DNA of 64,000 nt from Candidatus Thalassarchaeum betae (GCA_003193925.1 PSPG01000005.1:17840-81839); one strand, 5' to 3'. Counted from the stretch's first letter, positions 28,397 through 43,880 are shown. Program-made: numbers and translations. The notes: a model not told the origin generated them from the sequence alone.

Positions 28397-31300
28397 ATGG
28401 CTGCAACTAGAACGGCGGCATCGCGGAGAGTACCTCTGCTGCTCATCGCCACCATGCTCCTGTCCCTCCTGACCCCAATGGCTCTAGCAGAGCCTGAGTC
28501 TGATGATTCGATGCTAGAAGTCATGTCGGGTGACCTGACGGACTTTACTCCCTCTATTGAGGGCAAGCGGTACATGTTCACCGACGCTGCCGAGCCCGTC
28601 TTCTCGGCCACCAGCTTCCTCAAGATGGAGTGGAGGGACGCGGGCTACCCGGGACTCATCCTGCCTTTCTCGCCAGGCTACCTCAACTCAAGGTCCTCGA
28701 CCCGCACTTGCGAGAACGCTTGGAGCCAGGGTGAATCAGGCAACATCTCTACTGCTAGCGGGACGGTTGCCGTGACAGTGCAAAAGATCTCGGCGAACTC
28801 GGCCATACTGGTGGAGGACGGGCAGATCATTCCGTCGACCACCGTCAATGACATCGTCTCGACCTGGGAGTCGACCATCTACCCTACCGACACCTCGTAC
28901 TTCGGCACCCCTCCGGACGTCGACAACAACTGCCAGATCGAAATCGTCCTGATCTCGATCGACGGCGCGGGGGGCACTGGGGGATACTACTCCCCCGGAA
29001 TCTCATCCGTCAGGGAGTCGGTCTTCGTCGACGTCGATGACTTGAGTTGGAGGAACACCATTCTCGCGCACGAGTTCGAGCACCTACTACACAACGCTCG
29101 TGACCCCTACGAGTACCTGTGGATCGACGAGGGCGCGGCCGACATGGCTGTCTACCTCTGCTTCGGAGTCACGGGCACGCTGACCGGGCACGCCAACGCG
29201 TGGTCGCAAGACAGCAGCCTCAGTGTGAGGTGGTGGAACGGCAGAATTGCCGACTACGGTGCCGGCTTCATGTTCCTGATGTACCTCGCAGACAAGCTCG
29301 GTGGAGGGGCCGCGATACAGCGCCTCGTTGCCGACACCGCCACCGGGGGGGTCGCTATCGAGAACCTCGCGCAGAGCCCCGAGACAGGCTCTACTGCCAT
29401 CGGGACCACGATGAGCGAAATCTATGCCAACTTCAGCGCCGCCGTCTCTCTGGACAGCGCGCAGGGAGCCTTCGGGTTCTCGAACCTCGACCTGACCACA
29501 GGATGCATCGCCGCGTACATCTGCAAAGCCCAGATGAGCGGTTACAACGACCAGTGGGTGGACGGCTGGAACAGCTCCAGCCAGACCATCGAGGGTTGGG
29601 GGATGAGGGCCTACAAGTTCACCCAAGGCTCCGGGGCTCCGCTCAATCTGATGGTGCAACCGACACAGTTCGGCTTCGACGGCGCCATCATGGCCAAGGA
29701 TGCTGACACGGGTACATGGTCGATGAGCAGCCTGAGGATGGACTCGGGCACTGGAGCCGGGACGGGGCTCGTTCACGGCTTCGGCAACACCACCGACGAG
29801 GTGTGGCTGCTGACATGGTACGAGTCCATGGTCAGCGACTGCGACTACAACTACGCCAGTTGCGGCATCACCACCGGAACTTACCCCACCGCGTCGCTGA
29901 CAGTCTACGCCGGTCTCATCACGGACCCGGCTGAGGTGTCGATCGATACCATCATGTCCTTTGACAGGGATGGCAACAACCTTGACGACAGCGTCCGGAT
30001 CGACCTCGAGGTGGTCTCGAACGCGTTCTTCGAGATACTCGAGGTCACAGTCGAAGCCTACGTCAACAACACGCTGACCGACTCTGTGGTGTTCGACATC
30101 ACCGCCGGCAACAGCGTACCCTCTCCGAGGAGCGTCTGGTTCACGCCGCCCTCCTCGGGCGACTGGACCTTTGGAATCAGGGTCCGCGATATCACCGGAG
30201 AGGTCGTCGACCAAGCCTTCGCCCTGCCTATGACTATTGCTAACATGGAGCCGATCGCCTCCGGTTCGATGTCCACCTCGATTACTCAAACGTGGCTCCC
30301 AGTGAGCATGTTCGGCTCGGGCTACGACTCATGGGGCTTCGGTCAGCTCAACGGTACTTTCAGCCACAACGAGACGCCCACTGGGTACGTCTGGGACCTC
30401 GGTGACAACAACTCCTCTGGACTGAAGAACCCCGTCCACTCATACCTCAATCCGGGGAACTACCAGATTGTGCTGGTCGTACAGGACCAAGGGGGCTACT
30501 ACTCCGAGCCGCAGTCGTGGAACATCTCAGTCAGTGACATCTCCGACCCGGTCCCGGAGATCTCGGTAGACGGGGTGGTGATGATCGACGATCTGGTGCT
30601 GCTGACCGACCAGAGGGTGCAGTTCTCAGCCAGAGGGACCACGGACAACCTCCCACTGGAGCAACTCGATTTCACCTGGGACTGGGGCGATGGCCAGTCG
30701 GAGTACGGTCAAGGCCTGGCTGAGGCCGGGCACTCGTGGGTCGACGGCAGTGCCGATGGGATCATCTACACGCTCATCCTGACCGTTGATGACGGCAACC
30801 ACATCGTCGAGCATTCGCTGTACATCAGAGTGCTGAACCGCCTGCCCAAGCAGGTCTTCGACGAGCCACTCCAAACCTACACACTGACACCGCTGACAAT
30901 GCCTACCGTATTCGAGGACTCTGACGGGATGATCGTGGAGTACAACTGGTACTTCGAGGGCGGCGTCAACCTCGGTGGCTCGGGAATGAGTCTGACCTCC
31001 AACTTCTCCGCTACCGAGTCGGTGCTCCAGAACCCGAGCGTCGGATGGCTCGAGCCCGGCATGAAGAACGTCACCATCGAAGTCACAGATGACGATGGCA
31101 ACTCCTCGATCGCCACCCTCTGGGTGCAGGTCCTGAACCAGCGGCCCGTGGCCGTCTTCTCGAGACCTGCGGACGGCACTGTCGACACCGTCTACACCTT
31201 CGAAAGCGCCTCCTTCGATCCGGACGGCGACACCACCCTGCTTCAGACGATATGGGAGATCTCCGAGCTCGACGAACCGGTGCACAACGTCTCCTCGGTC

Positions 31301-32503
31301 AGCCACACCTTCCTCGAGCCCGGATTATACACTATCAGCCTCACAGTCATCGACGACAGGGGCCTGTCGTCGGCCACCAAGTCATACTCAATCAGGATTG
31401 AGAACCCGCTGCCGGTGCCTGCGCTCACCTTCAGCTGCCCAAGCATCAACGGCACCGTGCTGGATGGCATCCCAGAGGACGAAGGAGTCGTCGTCTGGCA
31501 AATCCCGCACACCCCCGATGGCGGCGCATTCGTCGCACCCGGGGACCCGATCAGGTTCGACGGCTCGGGGAGCTACGACGCCGACCCCCTGTTCACCGGA
31601 AGGACATCCACCGACTCGAACGACCCCGAGTGGAACGGCATCGTCTCGTGGATCTGGGACTTCGGCGACGCCAGTCCGTCGGCCCATGGCCCCGTGGTCT
31701 GGCATGCCTACGAGATACCGGGGGCCTACACAGTCACCCTGACCGTCGTCGACGGATTCGAGGGCGGCGAGACCAACACCACCTCGATGACCGTGTACGT
31801 CTCCAGGGCGCCTATCATCCTGACCAACGACCCGATCTCAGCCGATTACGTCAGCATCGGCGATCTGGTCCTCCTGAATGCCAGCGCCACCGACGCCGAC
31901 CTGACGGACGGCATAGAAGCCTGGCTCGATGTCGATGCCTCAGACGACAGCGACGGCGACGGCGATCCCACCAACGACCAGGACAGGCCCCTCACCGGTA
32001 TCCTGACCGTCAGATGGGACCTCAACGCCATGCAGGACGCCAATCTGGATGGCGACTTACGCAACGACTGGCTATGGGTCAATCAGACGTGGAACCAGGC
32101 CGGCGAGATCAGGATTGTGATGCAGGTCTGCGATGGAGTCGCTGTCTGCTCTTCCAGAGACTACGTCATCACCGTGCTGGCCCTTCAGGAGGATGACCGT
32201 CCCAAGTCTCTGGCTGACCTGACGTGGAGGGACCTGGTCCCGAACAAGGCGAGTGCGGGCCTGCTGGCCCTCGTAGCGGCCGTCCTGATTCTCGGGTGGT
32301 TTGTCATGCGAGAGAAGGACGAGGACGAACTGGACGCCGAGGGGATGCTTGAGACCTACGACGTCGCTGAGGTGGAGGCCGAAGGGGGGCTTCCGGGGAT
32401 GGACCAGCACAAGCCCCCTCCCCAACCGAAGTACCTGACGGTCGAAGAGCGAAGAGACAAGGAGTCCGGATACATCCGACCCATCCGGACGAGGAGGCGC
32501 TGA
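28397..32503 (+). CDS. Secreted zinc metalloprotease (HExxH...E, M30/M6-like) with multiple PKD domains and a C-terminal TM anchor
   Basis: LAHEFEHLLH...WIDEG; PKD signatures WDLGD, WDWGDG and WDFGD; TM segment AGLLALVAAVLILGWFVM. Confidence 0.85.
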   Translation: MAATRTAASRRVPLLLIATMLLSLLTPMALAEPESDDSMLEVMSGDLTDFTPSIEGKRYMFTDAAEPVFSATSFLKMEWRDAGYPGLILPFSPGYLNSRSSTRTCENAWSQGESGNISTASGTVAVTVQKISANSAILVEDGQIIPSTTVNDIVSTWESTIYPTDTSYFGTPPDVDNNCQIEIVLISIDGAGGTGGYYSPGISSVRESVFVDVDDLSWRNTILAHEFEHLLHNARDPYEYLWIDEGAADMAVYLCFGVTGTLTGHANAWSQDSSLSVRWWNGRIADYGAGFMFLMYLADKLGGGAAIQRLVADTATGGVAIENLAQSPETGSTAIGTTMSEIYANFSAAVSLDSAQGAFGFSNLDLTTGCIAAYICKAQMSGYNDQWVDGWNSSSQTIEGWGMRAYKFTQGSGAPLNLMVQPTQFGFDGAIMAKDADTGTWSMSSLRMDSGTGAGTGLVHGFGNTTDEVWLLTWYESMVSDCDYNYASCGITTGTYPTASLTVYAGLITDPAEVSIDTIMSFDRDGNNLDDSVRIDLEVVSNAFFEILEVTVEAYVNNTLTDSVVFDITAGNSVPSPRSVWFTPPSSGDWTFGIRVRDITGEVVDQAFALPMTIANMEPIASGSMSTSITQTWLPVSMFGSGYDSWGFGQLNGTFSHNETPTGYVWDLGDNNSSGLKNPVHSYLNPGNYQIVLVVQDQGGYYSEPQSWNISVSDISDPVPEISVDGVVMIDDLVLLTDQRVQFSARGTTDNLPLEQLDFTWDWGDGQSEYGQGLAEAGHSWVDGSADGIIYTLILTVDDGNHIVEHSLYIRVLNRLPKQVFDEPLQTYTLTPLTMPTVFEDSDGMIVEYNWYFEGGVNLGGSGMSLTSNFSATESVLQNPSVGWLEPGMKNVTIEVTDDDGNSSIATLWVQVLNQRPVAVFSRPADGTVDTVYTFESASFDPDGDTTLLQTIWEISELDEPVHNVSSVSHTFLEPGLYTISLTVIDDRGLSSATKSYSIRIENPLPVPALTFSCPSINGTVLDGIPEDEGVVVWQIPHTPDGGAFVAPGDPIRFDGSGSYDADPLFTGRTSTDSNDPEWNGIVSWIWDFGDASPSAHGPVVWHAYEIPGAYTVTLTVVDGFEGGETNTTSMTVYVSRAPIILTNDPISADYVSIGDLVLLNASATDADLTDGIEAWLDVDASDDSDGDGDPTNDQDRPLTGILTVRWDLNAMQDANLDGDLRNDWLWVNQTWNQAGEIRIVMQVCDGVAVCSSRDYVITVLALQEDDRPKSLADLTWRDLVPNKASAGLLALVAAVLILGWFVMREKDEDELDAEGMLETYDVAEVEAEGGLPGMDQHKPPPQPKYLTVEERRDKESGYIRPIRTRRR

Positions 32504-32505
32504 GC

Positions 32506-33411
32506 GTGAGGAACAGCCCTAGGAAACTCATTGCGGCCCTGATCAACCTCTGCCTGCTCCTACCCACAGTCGCGGTGTTCACCGCCGTCATCGCGGCTCC
32601 GATCGCATCAGCAGAGGCTACCTGCGACGTACCGGCGAGCAACATCCCCGGAATCGACCGGTACTTCGACGAGCACAGCGTCGAGGATGGCGGAATATGG
32701 TGGTGGCATGAGGGTGGGGGCAATGACCTCAGGTCCCTCGATGTTGATTTCAGCACCGAGATGACGATTCAGAACGACAGCGCCAACGCCGTCAGCATGG
32801 AGCTGGTGCCGGGTTACCAGTACACGTTCTGCATCTACCTGAGCCCGGACCAGGACTCTCCGCCCAACATGGGGGCGATCGGCGATGTCTACCTGATGAC
32901 CGAGAGCAACTGGAACCGCTATGCCACCAGTTACAATGATCGCGAGTGGACCGAACTCGAGGAGGACCTGGAAAACGTGCCAGTCGAATGGCGGGACCTA
33001 TTCGTCTGGCTCCCATTCAGGGACGTGCACGCTTACGAGAGCGTCTCCAGCGAGGTCTTCTCTGTGGCGATCGACTCCAGCGGCTCGCTGTGGTCGTCGG
33101 TCGACTGGTTCGAGAGCGGGGACGAGAAGTACTACCTCGTCGTGGACGGCTGGGACAATGACAGGAGCACGGACAGAGGTGCGGCCGGAGGTACCATGAA
33201 TGTCGAGATACTCGTCGATGTCGAGGAGAGAACGACGCTGCCGAATTTCATCGCCTACATCCTCATCGCGGCTCTGCCTCTGGCTTGCATCATAGCCCCC
33301 ATGGTCATACACAGCCGATACATGTCAACGGGAATCAGCGAGGAAGATGGGGACCTCCGCCAAGTGCCCTACTTGGAAGACGAGAGCGATGAACGCGATG
33401 GCGAAGACTAA
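32506..33411 (+). CDS. Hypothetical secreted protein with a C-terminal TM anchor
   Basis: Signal-like N-terminus, acidic ectodomain, TM segment FIAYILIAALPLACIIAPMV. Follows the protease gene after 2 nt. Confidence 0.7.
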   Translation: MRNSPRKLIAALINLCLLLPTVAVFTAVIAAPIASAEATCDVPASNIPGIDRYFDEHSVEDGGIWWWHEGGGNDLRSLDVDFSTEMTIQNDSANAVSMELVPGYQYTFCIYLSPDQDSPPNMGAIGDVYLMTESNWNRYATSYNDREWTELEEDLENVPVEWRDLFVWLPFRDVHAYESVSSEVFSVAIDSSGSLWSSVDWFESGDEKYYLVVDGWDNDRSTDRGAAGGTMNVEILVDVEERTTLPNFIAYILIAALPLACIIAPMVIHSRYMSTGISEEDGDLRQVPYLEDESDERDGED

Positions 33412-34229
33412 CCAGTCTCATACTCCAGTAACTGCCATGCGGTCTGCAAATCGGATGCGTTGATCCTCCCCTGCCTCGAAAGGTGCCATCCGGATTCCAT
33501 AGTCGTGTAGACCATGGCCTGTCCCAGCAGGGGTGCGTGAATCCGAGTCCAGTCGCCCCCTGAGCCTGTCCCCATTATCGCGTTGGGGGTGCCTGAGCCA
33601 TTGAGTTGCCAAGCAGCCTCGAAGAGGCGCAGGCCATCATGTCGGCCCAAGGTCCGGTAGCACATCTTCACCATCTCGCCGGCATCGGAGTTGTCCACCA
33701 CGTCCTGGATGATCTCCGATGCCGATGGTGGCTGCTCCGAGGAGTGCTGGGAAGCGATGACTCGAGTCTTATCCCCGGCTGCATCGACCAGTGCCTTGCG
33801 TGGCTTGGACTCCATGTCCACCTCGAGATCGATCCAGCTCACGCCGCTCTCGATACCAGCCTTCAGGACCTCAATGCGCTGTCCCTCGTCGCCGGGATAA
33901 TGCCCTCCCTGACGCTCTGGGCGGCATGTCAGCACCACGGGTAGCTCGATGCCCTGCTTGAGGAAAGCAAGCGCTGTGTGGACGTCCACCGAGTCCAATG
34001 GCTGCGGTATCATCTCGGGCTCGACGAACTTGGGGCGCTCTCGCTCTCCCTTGCCGTTCCCCTTCTCTTTCTCGGAAGGATCGGGGTCGGGCATCTGCTC
34101 GACCACCCAGAGTTTGTCCAGACGGACCTCCACGAGATCAGCTCCGGCGGCCGTGGCCCTCGCGGCGTCCTTCAGCATCTCATCGACCGTGCACCCATTG
34201 AGTGTCACGCAGATGAGAGGTCGAGCCAT
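33408..34229 (-). CDS. aroD: Type I 3-dehydroquinate dehydratase
   Basis: ADLVEVRLD, VVLTCRPERQGG, WIDLE, VIASQH, VKMC, AIMG. Contains a charged insert after VRLD. Confidence 0.8.
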   Translation of the reverse strand: MARPLICVTLNGCTVDEMLKDAARATAAGADLVEVRLDKLWVVEQMPDPDPSEKEKGNGKGERERPKFVEPEMIPQPLDSVDVHTALAFLKQGIELPVVLTCRPERQGGHYPGDEGQRIEVLKAGIESGVSWIDLEVDMESKPRKALVDAAGDKTRVIASQHSSEQPPSASEIIQDVVDNSDAGEMVKMCYRTLGRHDGLRLFEAAWQLNGSGTPNAIMGTGSGGDWTRIHAPLLGQAMVYTTMESGWHLSRQGRINASDLQTAWQLLEYETG

Positions 34230-34385
34230 TCGCCCGCCCCACCTTAGCGTTCTGTTTAACCGTGTCGTGAGGAGAAAGCAGGCCTAAGGCCTGAAATCGG
34301 TCGAATATCCCCATTTTTCGCTGTTTTTGAGGTCCCCAGAAGGAGGGTTGAAGAACCCCCCAAGCACACGGTTGTACAGGTATGC

Positions 34386-36380
<1,995 letters not shown>

Positions 36381-36388
36381 GTGGTAGA

Positions 36389-39085
<2,697 letters not shown>

Positions 39086-39131
39086 GGGAAACCGCTCGGC
39101 TTAAGCGATTAACGCGGGTGGCCAGAGCGCT

Positions 39132-39218
39132 GCGGCAGTCGCATAGCCTGGCCATTGCGCTGGATTGCTAATCCAGTGGTGTTTCACCTCGGGAGTTCGA
39201 ATCTCCCCTGCCGCGCCA
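39132..39218 (+). tRNA. tRNA-Ser(GCT), long variable arm, encoded CCA
   Basis: Acceptor GCGGCAG/CTGCCGC, anticodon arm CTGGA-TTGCTAA-TCCAG, T-arm GGGAG-TTCGAAT-CTCCC, discriminator G followed by CCA. Confidence 0.96.
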
Positions 39219-39354
39219 CCTCATTCATGGCAGTCTTCATGCGCTGAGCCGGCACACTCCCAGCGTGGACTGGGACGGTGAGTCGGACTACGGCAACTGG
39301 ATCAGGGGCTAGTCGCATACGAGGTTTCAACCGAACGCCGCCCATGGCGGTGGC

Positions 39355-40539
39355 ATGCTGAGCATCGAGCCGATGGATCTGCACGGCCCCATCGACTGGG
39401 CGCTGCCGCCATCGAAGAGCCACATGATGCGCTGGCTCGCCCTCGCCGCGCAGGCCGAGGGCGAGACCGTCCTGAGCTTCGACGGCGAGCCGGGCGAGGA
39501 CGTGCTCTCGATGGCCGAGTGCCTGCGGCAACTGGGTGCCGGTATCGAACAGAGTGCCTCGCAGTGGAGCGTCACCGGCGTCGGTGCGGACGGATTCAGC
39601 GAGCCCGAGGGGGTGCTGGACTGCGGCAACTCCGGGACTGCCGCTCGCTTCCTGACCGCAATCGCGGCTGGACTGGCATCGGCTGTCGCGCTGGACGGTG
39701 ACGCCTCCCTGAGGCGGCGCGATTTGTCGGCTCTGAACAGCGCACTTCGCGAGTTCGGGTGCGAGATCTCCTCGGATGCCGTGCCCCTGTCGGTGAATGG
39801 CCCGGCCCGTACGGGCAGAGCCTACCTCGAGGTCGGCTCGTCCAGCCAGCCCCTCTCCGCTCTCCTCCTCGCCTCTCCGGGGTACTCGGCGCGTCTCCAT
39901 CTAGGTATGTCCGAGGGGTCTGTGAGCCGCGGCTACTCCCGGCTCTCTTTCGAGCTGGCAGCGCTGTGCGGCTCTCCGAACAGGCTCGACGGCGACGTTG
40001 TGGTGATCGAGCCGTGGCGTGTCTCGACGCCCCCTGCTGTCAGCATCCCCGAGGAGGTAAGCCTGCTGCCGATGGCGATGCTGATGTCCGAGCTGCATGA
40101 CGCCGAAGTGGAAGTGCGCGGCTCGGGCATCGAACTCACGCCGGCACTGATGGCCTTGGCCGAACAAGAGAGCGAACTGGACCTGCGTGACGAGAGCGAT
40201 GTCATCACCCCTGCGGCGGCGCTGCTCGCTCTGGGCCGAGGGGGTCGAATCACGGGCGCGGCCCACTCGAGGGGCAAGGAGTCGGACAGGATACTCGGGA
40301 CGGTCGGGCTGCTGGCCGCCTTCGGCATGGCGTCCAGCGCGACGGGGGATGGCATCGAGGTCCCGGGCGGGCAGGTCCCGGCGAGGCCGGAGTCACCGGT
40401 CCAGACGCATGGTGACCATCGTATCGCAATGACGGCGATGGTGCTGGCCAGCAAGGTCGGAGGCAGCATCGTCAACCCGGAGATCAGCGCCGTCACCGAC
40501 CCGGGTTTCATCGAGCGATTGACGGGATTGGGAGACTAG
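39355..40539 (+). CDS. aroA: EPSP synthase-like (3-phosphoshikimate 1-carboxyvinyltransferase), divergent
   Basis: LPPSKSHMMR, CGNSGTAARFL, SSQ, KESDRI, GDHRIAM. Confidence 0.85.
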   Translation: MLSIEPMDLHGPIDWALPPSKSHMMRWLALAAQAEGETVLSFDGEPGEDVLSMAECLRQLGAGIEQSASQWSVTGVGADGFSEPEGVLDCGNSGTAARFLTAIAAGLASAVALDGDASLRRRDLSALNSALREFGCEISSDAVPLSVNGPARTGRAYLEVGSSSQPLSALLLASPGYSARLHLGMSEGSVSRGYSRLSFELAALCGSPNRLDGDVVVIEPWRVSTPPAVSIPEEVSLLPMAMLMSELHDAEVEVRGSGIELTPALMALAEQESELDLRDESDVITPAAALLALGRGGRITGAAHSRGKESDRILGTVGLLAAFGMASSATGDGIEVPGGQVPARPESPVQTHGDHRIAMTAMVLASKVGGSIVNPEISAVTDPGFIERLTGLGD

Positions 40540-40551
40540 TCGGGGAATAAC

Positions 40552-41520
40552 ATGTCGAAGAGCGGCGGCAACCTCGTAACCCACTTCCTCCTCTTGCTGG
40601 TGGTCATCATCTGGGGCTCCTCATGGGCCGTGGGAAGGATTCTCAGCAGCGGACTGGATTCAGAGAGACCGGCCACTCTGGACCCGGCGACGGCGGCATG
40701 GCTGAGGTACGCCGTGGTCGTGCTGATGTTCTTCGCATGGTGCGCCTACAAGTCGCTCACGGGTGATAGGGTCAGAGCCCTGCCGCCCGATCGCAACACT
40801 TGGAGGTCGGTGCTTTGGATAGGCTTCTTCGGAGTGATGATCTACCAGTTGCTGTTCATGCACGGGATGAAGTGGACGGCGGCGGGTGACGCCTCGCTGA
40901 TCATCCCAATCAACCCGGTCTTCACCGTGCTGCTGGCGGCTCCGATGCTCGGCCAGCCCATATCGAGGAAGATGGCGCTGGGACTGTTCTTCGGAATCAC
41001 CGGCGTGGCCGCGGTCGTGGGCTGGAGCCCCAATGTGGACATCCCGTTCGAGCACCGCCTGCTCGGTGATGCGATGGTCGTCTTCGCGGCCCTGTCGTGG
41101 GCCACGACGACCAACCTGACCAAGCGCATCCTGCAGAGGCGGCGCGACGAGGCCGGGGCATCGGCCCTCGAGATAGTGATCTGGTACTCCTTCGCCGGCT
41201 GGGTCATGCTGACGCCGTGGATGCTGTACGAGCTGTGGGGCGCGCCGCTTCCTGCGCCCACAACTGTCGAATGGGCCTCGATTCTCTACCTCGGCTCGTT
41301 CTCCACCGTCCTCGCCTACGTCTGGTTCGCGATGGGCATAGACAGGCTCGGGCCGACGGCAGCGGCGTCGTACGTCTTCCTCGTGCCGGTCTTCGGCATA
41401 CTCACCGGCTGGGCGCTGCTCGACGAAAGCATCGGAGTCTCGATGCTGGTCGGCTTCGTGCTCATCGTGGTCGGGGTCCGCGTAGTGCAGCGCGAAAGCG
41501 CGAGGCTGAGAACCGATTGA
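40552..41520 (+). CDS. DMT/EamA-family transporter
   Basis: About 10 TM segments with two EamA repeats (IWGSSW; YLGSFSTVLAYVWF...LGPTAA). Confidence 0.9.
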   Translation: MSKSGGNLVTHFLLLLVVIIWGSSWAVGRILSSGLDSERPATLDPATAAWLRYAVVVLMFFAWCAYKSLTGDRVRALPPDRNTWRSVLWIGFFGVMIYQLLFMHGMKWTAAGDASLIIPINPVFTVLLAAPMLGQPISRKMALGLFFGITGVAAVVGWSPNVDIPFEHRLLGDAMVVFAALSWATTTNLTKRILQRRRDEAGASALEIVIWYSFAGWVMLTPWMLYELWGAPLPAPTTVEWASILYLGSFSTVLAYVWFAMGIDRLGPTAAASYVFLVPVFGILTGWALLDESIGVSMLVGFVLIVVGVRVVQRESARLRTD

Positions 41521-41588
41521 GGGAACGCCTCCGGTGTTGCCTCATCATTAAATAGAGGGGGTCGTTGGGCGGCCAACGAGGTAGGTAA

Positions 41589-42128
41589 ATGGCACGCATG
41601 CCAGGCAGTATGTATCGTCAGATCAAGGGTCAGGCGTACACCCGGAGAGAGTACTCCGGCGGAGTCCCGAACAATCGCATACTGCGCTACTTCATGGGTG
41701 ACCGCAAGGCGGCGGAGGCAGGTCAGTTCGACATCATCGTCGAGCTGTCCGCTGACAACGCATGCCAGGTTCGCGACACCGCTCTGGAGGCGACTCGACA
41801 AGTGGCCAACGCGACTATCAGGAAGGTTGCCGGAGACATGGGCTACGCCCTGCGCATGCACACCTACCCGCACCAGATCCTGCGCCAGAACAAGCAGGCC
41901 ACCGGGGCCGGCGCGGACCGCGTCTCGCTGGGGATGCGCCAGTCATACGGGAAGAACGTGGGCACTGCCGCGCGGGTCCGGCCGGGTCAGACGCTGGTCT
42001 CCATCCAGACCATCCCAGAGCACTACCTGGTGGCCCGGGACGCACTGCGAAAGGCACGCTGCAAGCTCCCTACGCCATGCACTATCAGGCTCGTCAAGGG
42101 CGCCGAGCATTTGCAGGGGCTAGTGTGA
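41589..42128 (+). CDS. rpl10e: 50S ribosomal protein uL16 (L10e)
   Basis: YTRREY, ALEATR, YPHQILRQNK...GADRVSLGMRQSYGK. Confidence 0.95.
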   Translation: MARMPGSMYRQIKGQAYTRREYSGGVPNNRILRYFMGDRKAAEAGQFDIIVELSADNACQVRDTALEATRQVANATIRKVAGDMGYALRMHTYPHQILRQNKQATGAGADRVSLGMRQSYGKNVGTAARVRPGQTLVSIQTIPEHYLVARDALRKARCKLPTPCTIRLVKGAEHLQGLV

Positions 42129-42140
42129 GGTTGAGGGGCC

Positions 42141-42719
42141 ATGTCGCCCTCTGACCCTCTGACCGTACTGCAGGACTCACTGCGTGGAGCGCCGATCATC
42201 TGGAAGGGCGAGTACCCGTACTTCATCCACCCGATCTCCGATGGCATCCCGCGCATGGAGGCCGACGTGCTGCGCGCCACCTGCGACCTCATCGTCGAGA
42301 TGGTAGACTGGTCCGAGATCGACCTCATCGTCAGCGTCGAGGCGATGGGGCTGCCCCTGCTCGCCGTGGTCGGGGACGCCACCGGCAAGCCCACCGTGGT
42401 GATCCGCAAGCGCTCGTACGGCATGGAGGGCGAGGTCCGCGTCGACGTCTCGACCGGCTACTCCCAGTCCACCGCCTACATCAACGACATCAAGTCAGGC
42501 GAGAGGCTCCTCATAGTCGACGACGTGATCTCCACCGGCGGCACCCTAGAGCCACTGCTCGAGGCGCTCGAGGGGATGGGCGCCGTGCTGCAGGACGTCG
42601 TCGTGGCCATCGAGAAGGGCGAGGGCCGAGAGCGATTGGCGCGAGAGCGCCCGGACTGGCCGATACGCACGCTCGCGCGCATCGACATCGTCGACGGCAG
42701 GGTCGAGATCCTAGGGTGA
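42141..42719 (+). CDS. hpt: Archaeal purine phosphoribosyltransferase (Hpt-like)
   Basis: YPYFIHPISDGIP, EAMGLP, PRPP motif IVDDVISTGGT. Confidence 0.85.
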   Translation: MSPSDPLTVLQDSLRGAPIIWKGEYPYFIHPISDGIPRMEADVLRATCDLIVEMVDWSEIDLIVSVEAMGLPLLAVVGDATGKPTVVIRKRSYGMEGEVRVDVSTGYSQSTAYINDIKSGERLLIVDDVISTGGTLEPLLEALEGMGAVLQDVVVAIEKGEGRERLARERPDWPIRTLARIDIVDGRVEILG

Positions 42720-42770
42720 AGCGTCCTATCAGATGAAATAGCGGCCGCCTGACCGCGGAGCGGGCGGAAT

Positions 42771-43880
42771 ATGGATCTGGAGCGTCACGACTTCCAGCTC
42801 GACGAGCTCGTCGAGAGAATCAAGGCGAACGACAACAGGCTGGTGGCACTGCAGGTCCCCGAGGGCCTCAAGATGCAGGCCCTCGAGATGATGGACACCA
42901 TCGAGGACGGATCGGGAGCGCAGGTCATCCTGGCCGCTGACCCGTGCTACGGCGCGTGTGACCTCGTCCACGACAAGATGCGGTCGATGGGCGTCGAGTT
43001 GGTGGCCCACATGGGTCACAGCCAGATGAACATCGACTCTGGCATGCCGACGCACTTCATCCCCGTCACCTACGACGGTGACCCGGAGTTGGCCCCGGCC
43101 CTCCCCTTCCTGGAGCGGCATCGGGCAATCGCCCGATCCCGACTGGACTCGGTAGCGCAGGAAGAGGAGTTGGATGATGCCGCTGCGAAGCAGCGCTTCC
43201 TCGATGCGGTCGGGCGCGTGGCCCCCCTGACGGGCACGAGGCTCGGACTGGTGGGCTCGATACAGCACCTCCACCTCCTGCCCGATTTCAAGGAGAGGCT
43301 CGAGAAGGCGGGCTTCGAGGTGGAGATACCGTCGGGGGGCGAGAGGCTCACTTTCCCCGGTCAGGTGCTCGGATGCAACTACTCGGGGGACGACCCCTCG
43401 ATCGGTCACTACCTCTTCCTCGGCTCGGGCGACTTCCACCCCATCGGCCTGGTCCTCCACACCGGCAAGCCCCTCGCCATGCTGGACCCATACAGCGGGG
43501 ATGCGACCGAGATGTCCTTCGAGCGCATCGAGCGCATCCTGCGCCAGCGCTTCGGTCTAATAATGGCCGTCGACGGGGCCAAGACGTTCGGCATCCTGAT
43601 TGGTGAGAAACCGGGGCAGATGCGCCGCAACCTAGCCATCCGGATGAAGCGGCTTCTCGAGAAGCACGGTCGCAAGGGGTACCTGCTGGCGCTGGACCAC
43701 ATCAGCCCAGACCTCATCGACTTCTACCCGGTTGACGCCTTCGTCAACACCGCCTGCCCGCGAATAGCGATCGACGACTCGGTGAAGTACGCCAAGCCGC
43801 TCATCACCCCGTACGAGCTCGAGGTCGCGCTCGGTGAGAAGGAATGGCAGAGCGGATACCAGTTCGACGAGATTCCTTGA
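42771..43880 (+). CDS. dph2: Diphthamide synthesis enzyme Dph2
   Basis: LQVPEGLK, PCYGACD, GQVLGCN, FVNTACPRIAIDD. Confidence 0.93.
   Translation: MDLERHDFQLDELVERIKANDNRLVALQVPEGLKMQALEMMDTIEDGSGAQVILAADPCYGACDLVHDKMRSMGVELVAHMGHSQMNIDSGMPTHFIPVTYDGDPELAPALPFLERHRAIARSRLDSVAQEEELDDAAAKQRFLDAVGRVAPLTGTRLGLVGSIQHLHLLPDFKERLEKAGFEVEIPSGGERLTFPGQVLGCNYSGDDPSIGHYLFLGSGDFHPIGLVLHTGKPLAMLDPYSGDATEMSFERIERILRQRFGLIMAVDGAKTFGILIGEKPGQMRRNLAIRMKRLLEKHGRKGYLLALDHISPDLIDFYPVDAFVNTACPRIAIDDSVKYAKPLITPYELEVALGEKEWQSGYQFDEIP

Noticed and set aside
39245-39290. Imperfect hairpin (TCCCAG-N6-CTGGGA core) between tRNA-Ser and aroA as a possible ncRNA
   Set aside because: The stem is short, GC-rich and plausible by chance. 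It matches no RNA family I recognise.
39132-39354. tRNA-Ser as a possible integration site
   Set aside because: No integrase or duplicated tRNA 3' end was seen, and the flanks are housekeeping genes.
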